Below, piece after piece: positions 1 to 7,160 of a DNA stretch of 7,324 nt. Position numbers and translations under genes: made by a program. Source of the stretch: Octopus sinensis. Its lineage: Eukaryota. The stretch covers positions 1-7,324 of the forward strand of contig NW_021828791.1 of NCBI RefSeq assembly GCF_006345805.1. Reading direction: 5' to 3'. The notes below the pieces were generated by a model. That model was given only the letters and a program-made list of their open reading frames with translations. It had not been told where the DNA came from and made no database searches. Numbering within the stretch: position 1 is the stretch's first letter; every line of letters begins with the position of its first letter.

Positions 1-14
1 ACTCCTATACATAC

Positions 15-99
15 CGAACTCTTTAATCTGTCACTCGCTACAACATCGGGTCTCAACAGCAGTTTCCGGGATCGCATGCGACCCTCGACAGTCTTCCCT
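15..99 (-). CDS. Candidate internal coding exon (85 nt) of an unidentified gene; peptide (T)GKTVEGRMRSRKLLLRPDVVASDRLKSS
   Basis: The minus strand reads TTTATTTCTAG| (AG at 101-100), then 1 nt plus 28 open codons, then the donor TCG|GTATGT. The phase-2 start matches the phase-2 end of exon 4017-3783 (AC+A = Thr). The pyrimidine tract is short. Confidence 0.6.
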
Positions 100-306
100 C
101 TAGAAATAAACGTTTTCTTTGGTTGACGCGTATTTCATTTGTTTCTTCTTTTTGTGCTCTCACTCCAATTCAGATTTTGGATGTGGCCTGGATATTAAAA
201 CAGTCAGGCCCTGTTCTTTGCAAACATGCTGCATGTTCACTGAAAATATATGCGTGCTAATATATAGAACATATTCATAGTGTGCGTATATATGCGCATA
301 TAGTAT

Positions 307-403
307 GGAGGCATGAGCGAACGCTCAAGAATTTTCTTGTGCTACCACGTGGTTCAGAGTATGATCTCACAGCATGACATCTTGGGTAAGGATATTTACT
401 ACT
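307..403 (+). mobile_element. Old, decayed SINE fragment (tRNA-like head plus CORE-like motif)
   Basis: 344-395 aligns without gaps to 4866-4917 of the intact SINE at 35/52 by hand count, mostly transitions (ccacgtggttc...cttgggtaag vs ccacatggttc...cttgggcaag). Confidence 0.65.
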
Positions 404-866
404 TATACAAAGGAAAATGGCTACGGGGAAACGGTTCAGTCGACCTATCGGATAGATTATAAAGTCAAATGGTAAATTCAGCAAACATGTTTCACTGTTA
501 TTAAACCTCTTCAGCGGTCCATATTATATTCTCTTACCAAGACCAAGTCTGGTCGATGTCTCCATAAATATCTCCGTATACATCCTTTTAGAAACTGCTT
601 ACCAAAATGGCTGATTTCACGAGCAACACTTCGTAATTTTTCTTCTTGTTGAAAGCAATATTTACATTGTTGATGTTGTTGACGTTGATTGCGCTGCTGT
701 TCTTGTCTTTCTGTTTTCTTTCTTTTTTTTTCTTTTTTTTGTTTGTTTTTTTTGTGCAGCTGATGTTACTGTTTTAACTGTTTGTTATTTCTAAATTAAT
801 ACTCTTTGTTTTCCTTTGTCCAACGCCATTTTTCTCTCCTCCATTCCTTCTTCTTTGCAAGAAAGA

Positions 867-898
867 AACACACGCATATACACACACACGAGGATTCA

Positions 899-956
<58 letters not shown>

Positions 957-1012
957 CGTCCTTTCTTTCTTTCATACACACACACACACACCTATAACAC
1001 TCACACACATAC
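867..1012. repeat. Compound (CA)n / (TC)n / (CA)n microsatellite
   Basis: Near-perfect (TC)n at 899-953 with CA runs on both sides. Confidence 0.95.
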
Positions 1013-1109
1013 ACGCGCGCAACTCATGAGCGCGCACTTACAACGAAGAAACCGAAGACGCAGAGCAAAAATAGCTTCAACAGCTACCAGTAATAACAAC
1101 ATTGTCAGT

Positions 1110-1180
1110 AAACAATATAACAGCAACTACAACAGCAACAACAACAACACCAACAACAGCAACAGTAACAACAACAACAA
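1110..1180. repeat. Imperfect (AAC/AGC)n trinucleotide repeat
   Basis: aacagcaactacaacagcaacaacaacaacaccaacaacagcaacagtaacaacaacaac. Confidence 0.9.
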
Positions 1181-1297
1181 GGAGAGGACAGGTCAAGTCT
1201 CAACAAAGAAATAACAGTTATTAATCTATAATTTAGATACATTTTGGCCGTATATCATGGAGGATGTTGAGCTGGGTGCAGTTTAGTTTTGGTGTAT

Positions 1298-1462
1298 TTA
1301 CACACACACACACACGCACGCACACACACACACACATACATGCATATACTACGCATGTATATATGTGTGCATATACATATATGTATATAGGTGTATATAT
1401 GTATAGATATATATATATGTGTGTGACTATCTCTCTGCTTATATGTATATGCTTTTATGTAC

Positions 1463-1502
<40 letters not shown>

Positions 1503-2041
1503 ATACATATAGGTATGTATATGTATATATATACCTATATATATGTGTGTGTGTGTGCGCGTGTGTGTGTGTGGATGTATGTACTGATATATGCATGTAT
1601 CTATATGTGTATTTGTATATGTATGTGCATGTATATACGTCCGTTTATATTTATATATATATATATATATATATGCATATACAATATATATGTTTAGATA
1701 CACACGTATATAGTATGCGTATATATGTATATATATATATCGATGTATGTTATATATGCTATATATGTATATATATATGTACAAATATGTACTATATATA
1801 TATATGTACTTATGTATATATGTGTGTATGTATGTATATATGTATAGATATATATAATATATATATATTTAATATATATTATATACATATATATGTGTGT
1901 GTGTGTGTGTGTATGTGTGTGCGTACATGTGTATTTATGGATGCGAGTGTAATGTGTGAATTGATTCAAAATGATTTGTCAATGTACGAGATACAAACGT
2001 CGTGCGCATTTACGTGCTTACGTATATATATATATATATAT

Positions 2042-2075
<34 letters not shown>

Positions 2076-2170
2076 ATATATATTGCGTGTGCATGTGTGT
2101 GTGTGTTTGCGTTTGTATGTGTGTGTGTGCATGTGTGTGTGTGCGTGTGCGTCTGTGATGTGTGTATGCT
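1298..2170. repeat. About 870 bp compound (CA)n/(TA)n/(TG)n microsatellite block
   Basis: Alternating purine-pyrimidine runs with short interruptions. These generate the YI/CV/HT ORFs in the track. Confidence 0.95.
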
Positions 2171-2333
2171 TATGTATTGACTCAACCGCCAATTGCCATC
2201 TATCACATCAGCCGTTTAACAAGAAATATTCCTCTCTTAGTTGTCCTTTGCTTTTGGGTAAATATTTGATATTGCTGCCTTTTTCTGACTGATTCCTTCC
2301 ACATCAGTGAGCGTACGTAGCTGGCTGACTGCT

Positions 2334-2336
<3 letters not shown>

Positions 2337-2381
<45 letters not shown>

Positions 2382-2553
2382 TGTGCGCGCGCGGTGTGTG
2401 TGTGTGTCAGTGTATTTATCTGTATGTGTGTGTTCGTTTGTCTCTTGTATCTTATATTTCTATATCCGTGTATGTTTGTCTATGTTGTAAGCTTATCCGC
2501 TTCTCTTCATACACACACACACACACACACACATACATACATACATACATACA

Positions 2554-2585
<32 letters not shown>

Positions 2586-2613
2586 CATATATATATATAT
2601 ATATATATGTATG

Positions 2614-2663
<50 letters not shown>

Positions 2664-2718
2664 TATATATATGTATATATATGCACACATTCTCACACAC
2701 ATACACACATATACATGT
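2337..2718. repeat. Compound (TG)n, (CA)n, (ACAT)n and (TA)n microsatellites
   Basis: (TG)n from 2337, about 13 ACAT units at 2531-2582, then TA/TG runs. Confidence 0.95.
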
Positions 2719-2747
2719 GTATTAGTAACTTCTGTTGATGTCTCTTT

Positions 2748-3100
2748 ATCTCCTCTTCCTCCTCCTCCTCCTCCTCTTCACCACCACTCCGACCTCCCAC
2801 TGTCCGCCATTTTTGTCACACTTAACCAACACTGCACAATGCATTTAACAAAAGTCCGTCTTTCTTCCTTCAAGCAAGATCAATCACCAATAAATGCACA
2901 TGTTTATCAATACACAGTGTCTCTCTTCTTCCTCTCCTTCCTCTCCTTCCTCTCCTTCCTTCTTCTTCCTCCTCCTTCTCTTTCCTTCTTTCATTTTCTG
3001 TTTTTTTTTTTTCATTAGATTTCTTCGTCTATTATATGCTGCTTTTTTGTTTACACATAACTCTCTTTCTCGCTTCTTCTCTCTCTCTCTCTCTCTCGCT

Positions 3101-3158
<58 letters not shown>

Positions 3159-3199
3159 GTCTCTCGTCTCTCCGATCTGTCTCTCTCTCTTTCTCTCTC

Positions 3200-3247
<48 letters not shown>
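2748..3247. repeat. Polypyrimidine blocks: (CCT)n, 3x TTCCTCTCC and a long (TC)n
   Basis: (CCT)n at about 2750-2775, a 9-mer three times at 2929-2955, and an almost pure T/C tract at 3061-3247. Confidence 0.9.
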
Positions 3248-3392
3248 AACAAATTTCAGATTCAAATTGAACACTATAACTCCAGTATAGCTACACAAAA
3301 AATATTATATTTATACCATAGTATATGTTTTGGAATTAACAGGATTTCTAGATATACTGACACCCATTCTTGAAAAGCACGCACGGGTGTGC

Positions 3393-3445
3393 GTATATAT
3401 ATATCTATATATATATATATATATGTGGTGTGTGTGTGTGTGTGT

Positions 3446-3479
<34 letters not shown>

Positions 3480-3560
3480 AATATATGTGTATGTATATAT
3501 ATATATATATATATATGGCCACAGCTCGTGAGCTGAAACTAGATAAAATAAAATAAAATA
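3393..3560. repeat. (TA)n(TG)n(TA)n microsatellite followed by (TAAAA)3
   Basis: Directly visible in the sequence. Confidence 0.9.
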
Positions 3561-3625
3561 TATATATGTGCATGTATTGCATATATGCATGAAGACGGAT
3601 AAATATAAATTTGTGTATAAATATC

Positions 3626-3680
3626 AATTCGGCTCGTGATATGGCATAAGTCGACTCGGGGGCTATAGTAGAGGCCCCAC
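3626..3680 (-). mobile_element. Possible short decayed SINE fragment
   Basis: The minus strand reads ctctactatagcccccgagtcgacttatgcc, resembling cttctgctatagccccgagcccaccaatgcc at 4916-4946 of the intact SINE. The match is short. Confidence 0.4.
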
Positions 3681-3782
3681 AATAAGACTGTACTCGAAAT
3701 CATAGGGTTAAGAAGTGTTGATAAAAGAAAGCTGATAAATAAAGTTTTGGTGTTCAATAGACGTTTTATGGTAAATACTTAC

Positions 3783-4017
3783 GTGATAAGGGTGCTGCTG
3801 ATCACCCTTTCCAAATGCTGTCGTCGATTTCTTTCCAGGTGTTGAAGCAACCCTGCAGGTATTTTGGAGCCTTCAAAAGCTAAACGGGGCCACTCACTCA
3901 TGTAAGTGACAAAACTCCCATACAACAGCACGAGCTTTGTGGAGTCAGATTTTGCGACACTTGGCCAGATGTTTCTATCACCACCAATGTTCGATTTTGC
4001 TTCTTCATTCGTTCTAA
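3783..4017 (-). CDS. Internal coding exon (235 nt) of an unidentified gene; peptide xRTNEEAKSNIGGDRNIWPSVAKSDSTKLVLLYGSFVTYMSEWPRLAFEGSKIPAGLLQHLERNRRQHLERVISSTLI(T)
   Basis: Minus-strand acceptor CTCTCTCTTTTTTTTTTAATGCACAATCTACAG| (AG at 4019-4018) and consensus donor CAC|GTAAGTA (GT at 3782-3781). One frame is open across the whole exon (2 nt + 77 codons + 2 nt) and the other two contain stops. The sequence is complex and richer in GC than its flanks. Confidence 0.85.
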
Positions 4018-4163
4018 CTGTAGATTGTGCATTAAAAAAAAAAGAGAGAGAGATTAACTTGGGAACAGTGACGGATATCGTAATGGATAAAAATGCAGCA
4101 TTGAGAAGAATTATAAAACCATTTCGTAAAACTAATCTTGTACCCGTCTACTTTCAAAAACGG

Positions 4164-4382
4164 TTTACCTTTTAACATATAAACTGGTCGTGTCAGACCT
4201 AAAATATTCAACCTGTTTTATGTTCAGACTGGCCAGATCCAACCCCTCACACGTAACTTACAATGCCATTCAAACACAAACAATCACATCATTAAGCTAT
4301 AATGATAATGTACGATGCATTAAAACAATGGCAATAAATAATGATTACATTTGACAGAATACCCTGAATTCTGGAGGGTTCA
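4164..4382. mobile_element. Decayed non-autonomous DNA transposon (piggyBac-like MITE, TTAA/CCCTTT-type ends)
   Basis: The ends tttaccttttaacat and gaattctggagggttca resemble TTAACCCTTTAGCAT...ATGCTAAAGGGTTAA. The interior (attacatttgacag, aaacaatcacatcatt, cctgttttatgttca) matches my recollection of an abundant octopus repeat. Within the window the two ends match each other at only 8/15. Confidence 0.55.
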
Positions 4383-4470
4383 ATGGCGCAGTTAAGGTTA
4401 CATGTTAAAAAAAACATTAGAGCAGTCAATCTGACAAAGCTATTGATGAGCGTCGGCTCAAGCTATTACA

Positions 4471-4744
4471 GAGCGTCGGCTGCGGGGTCATTCCGAAAAG
4501 CTCTACCTGCGACGATTTCATCTCAATCGAAGGAGAGGAGCTTTCTCCGTCCGGGTTGCGGATCCGTGGAACAAGCTGCCGGACGAGATGGTGAAGATGC
4601 CGACGACCGCTTTGTTCAAAGCCTCCCTTGACCTCAAGTGGCCTGAACTCTTTACATGAACACCACCCTGTACTTAACTCCATGTCCCCCTACATGGCCT
4701 TGCTATTTGCTTTTTGAGCCAAATTAACTAACTAACTAACTAAC
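4471..4744 (+). mobile_element. 5'-truncated CR1-type LINE: ORF2 C-terminus, 3' UTR and (TAAC)5 tail
   Basis: 4471-4659 encodes ERRLRGHSEKLYLRRFHLNRRRGAFSVRVADPWNKLPDEMVKMPTTALFKASLDLKWPELFT*. This fits the CR1/L2 ORF2 C-terminal pattern RGH-x-KL...FSxRV...WNxLP...FK...LD. It is followed by a 65 bp UTR with a hairpin and (TAAC)5 at 4725-4744. Confidence 0.9.
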
Positions 4745-4826
4745 AAACTAAATAGCTAGTCATTAGTACAGTTATTACAGTAGATTAATAGAGTTATAAC
4801 TGTTAATTAGTAGAATTATTACTATA

Positions 4827-4997
4827 GGCGCAGGAGTGGCTGTGTGGTAAGTAGCTTGTTTACCAGCCACATGGTTCCGGGTTCAGTCCCACCACGTGGC
4901 ACCTTGGGCAAGTGTCTTCTGCTATAGCCCCGAGCCCACCAATGCCTTTTGAGTGGATTTGTTAGACGGAAACTGAAAGAAACCCGTCGTATATATG

Positions 4998-5060
<63 letters not shown>

Positions 5061-5277
5061 TTGTGTGTCTATGTTTGTTCCCCTAGCATCGCTTGACAAC
5101 CGATGCTGGTGTGTTTACGTCCCCGTCACTTAGCCGTTCGGCAAAAGAGACCGATAGAATAAGTACTGGGCTTACAAAAGAATAAGACCCGGGTCGAGTT
5201 GCTCGATTAAAGGCGGTGCTCCAGCATGGCCGCAGTCAAATGACTGAAACAAGTATTAGAGTAAAAGAGTAAAAGAG
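4827..5277 (+). mobile_element. Full-length tRNA-derived octopus SINE (OR1/OR2-like, CORE-like motif) with internal (TA)n(TG)n and a GTAAAAGA tail
   Basis: A and B boxes are present, CCTTGGGCAAGT lies at 4902-4913, the internal microsatellite spans about 4990-5058, and the tail is gtaaaagagtaaaagag. A second copy lies inverted at 5443-6038. Confidence 0.9.
4837..4890 (+). promoter_or_regulatory. Internal RNA polymerase III promoter of the SINE
   Basis: A box TGGCTGTGTGG at 4837-4847 and B box GGTTCAGTCCC at 4880-4890, with tRNA-like spacing. Confidence 0.75.
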
Positions 5278-5672
5278 ATGCTGGTGCAGTTATTACTGAA
5301 GATAAATAGGGTATGTGGAGTCGGTGCAGTAAATGTTTCACATTTATGGGTGCACAAATTAATTTTGCATATTAAACCGTTGCAGATATATATAAGGGGT
5401 GGTGGTGGTGCAGTTAGCGTTTAGTTAATGCTAACCCTTTGCCTCTTTTACTTGTTTCGGTCATTTGACTGCGGCCATGCTGGAGCACCGCCTTTAATCG
5501 AGAGCAAATCGACCCCCAGGACTTATTCTTTGTAAGCCTAGTACTTATTTCTATCGGTTTCTTTTTGCCGAACCACTAGATTACGGGGACGTAAACACAC
5601 CAACATTGGTTGTCAAGCGATGTTGGGGGGACAAACACAGACACACAAACGTATACACGTAGACATACTTAC

Positions 5673-5737
<65 letters not shown>

Positions 5738-5738
<1 letters not shown>

Positions 5739-5930
5739 CGGGAAGGTTTACGAAAATAAACAAAAGACGAAGGCAGGTGGATTACAAAACAAACAAATGT
5801 ATTAGTATGGCGCTCAGGAATAGAAATAGAACATGTCTTTTACATTTCGAGCCTACGCTCTTCGACAGAAAGATACACAGAAAAGAAACATGGAGAGAAA
5901 AAATGCGTGTAGGAGCTAACGGTCTATCAT
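5738..5930 (-). mobile_element. 193 bp insertion in the SINE's (TA)n tract; Penelope-like terminal repeat or non-autonomous hammerhead element
   Basis: The segment is absent at the equivalent position of the SINE at 4827-5277, has (TA)n on both sides, and contains a hammerhead fold. Confidence 0.7.
5836..5873 (-). ncRNA. Minimal type I hammerhead ribozyme with a variant core (CUGUCGA)
   Basis: The minus strand reads UCUUU-CUGUCGA-A-GAGC-GUAG-GCUC-GAAA-UG-U-A-AAAGA. Stem I is UCUUU/AAAGA, stem II is GAGC/GCUC, GAAA is intact, and stem III is vestigial. The predicted cut lies between 5841 and 5840. Confidence 0.7.
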
Positions 5931-6270
5931 TATATATATATATATATATATATACATATATACGACGGGCTTCTTTCAGTTTCCGTCTACCAAATCCACT
6001 CACAAGGCTTTGGTCGGCCCGAAGCTATAGTAAAACACCAAATCTGCTTCTGTTATGAAAACTTATCACAGGTGTTTCAGCCTTGACCACTTCAATATAT
6101 TATACATTGAAAGCAAACACCATGAAATATATGCAGCCGCATCTCTTAATATTTCTAGATGGAAGATTACCACCAAAAATGTATTTCTTTCAAGAAGATG
6201 TCATTTAAATAAAACCTTTGAGCATCTTTACTGCAATCAACAACAATGATATTACTCAAATTTAAAATAG

Positions 6271-6855
6271 GGTTTCCCCAATTTGATATGATGTTTTCCA
6301 GTTTGATATAATGTTTTTCGCAATTTAAGACGTTTTCCCAATTTAAGAGAATGTTTTTCCCAATTTTAAGAGAATGTTTTTCCCAATTTAATACAATATT
6401 TGCCCAATTTAAGGCAATGTTTCTTCAATTTAAAATAATGTTTCCCCTAGTTAATATAATGTTTCCCTAATTTAACATAATATTTTCACAATTCAATACA
6501 ATGTTTTTCCAATTTAAGACAATATTTTCCCAACTGAATAGAATATTTCCCCAATTTAAGATGTTTCCCTGTTCAATGTAATCTTTCCCTAATTCAATAT
6601 AATATTTTTCAAAATTGTGACAATGTTTCCCCAATTCAAAATAATGTTTCCCCAATTTAATATAATGAATTTCCAATTTAAGATAATGTTACCGTAATTT
6701 AATAAAATGTTTTCCCATTTCGAAATAATGATTTCTTAATTTGATATGTTTCCCCAAATTAATACAATGTTAACCCAATTAAATTAGAATATTTCTCCAA
6801 TGTCGTATAAGATTTCCCCGATTTGAAAAGGATGTTTCCGCCACTTAAAATGATG
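6271..6855. repeat. Degenerate 21 bp minisatellite, about 27-28 units, consensus near CCAATTTAATATAATGTTTCC
   Basis: Units were phased by hand on the ccaattt anchor. Most are 21 bp and some are 17-23 bp. Confidence 0.92.
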
Positions 6856-7160
6856 ATGCATCAATTTATTATAATGTGTTCACAATTTACAAAATCCAGT
6901 TAATTAATAATAAACGAAGATGGTTAATGGGCTAACGAACAACAACCATAACCATAGCATTGATATAAGCTATAACAAAACATAGTCAACGGATGACTAT
7001 AAAACAACTAAAGACTGCAAAATAAATTCAATTTTGTAAAAAAAACTTATAAAATAAAGACATGGGAGACCACAAAATTCGGTTTTGACCCTTTTATGCC
7101 CAGCCTTTCTGGCATTCATACGTCTCTTGTTTTTCAATAAAAACAACTGCAATGACTCGA

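Larger units (their letters stand above)
5443..6038 (-). mobile_element. Second copy of the same SINE, lacking the tRNA head and interrupted by an insertion
   Basis: 5443-5650 is the reverse complement of about 5059-5277, and 5963-6038 is the reverse complement of about 4913-4990. Similarity stops before CCTTGGGCAAG. Confidence 0.92.

Noticed and set aside
721-760. Strong-looking plus-strand splice acceptor (poly-T then TGCAG)
   Set aside because: The downstream sequence is T-rich low-complexity DNA with no credible exon or donor.
1026-1214. Small ORF MSAHLQRRNRRRRAKIA...NNNN with an Arg cluster and Asn-rich tract
   Set aside because: It is antisense to the predicted host gene and much of it comes from an AAC repeat, which gives poly-T or poly-Q in other frames. 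There is no independent support.
806-3757. The many 60-233 aa ORFs in the track ([20 protein letters not shown])
   Set aside because: They are translations of stop-free dinucleotide repeats, open on both strands in several frames, with no splice or composition support.
3906-4175. Plus-strand 89 aa ORF
   Set aside because: It is the antisense shadow of the minus-strand exon and runs through that exon's pyrimidine tract.
4383-4683. Track ORFs 4383-4631 (+) and 4426-4683 (-)
   Set aside because: They are alternative frames over the LINE fragment. The meaningful frame is 4471-4659, which lacks a start codon.
4827-4900. Possible tRNA gene
   Set aside because: A and B boxes are present, but the sequence continues into a SINE body and tail, and I could not build a convincing cloverleaf.
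6171-6230. Candidate upstream exon KDAQRFYLNDIFLKEIHFW (TTGCAG| ... TG|GTAATC) on the minus strand
   Set aside because: It ends in phase 2, whereas the exon at 4017 needs phase 1, and its splice signals are only moderate. It cannot be fully excluded without RNA data.
6467-6676. Heptad-repeat ORF (HYIKLGK-like)
   Set aside because: It is a product of the 21 bp unit. Units of 17-23 bp shift the frame, which shows no coding constraint.
6271-6855. CRISPR-like array
   Set aside because: The units abut with no unique spacers, there are no cas genes, and the context is eukaryotic.
7095-7115. Small hairpin ATGCCCAG-CCTTT-CTGGCAT
   Set aside because: It is short and isolated, has no recognisable motif, and is expected by chance.
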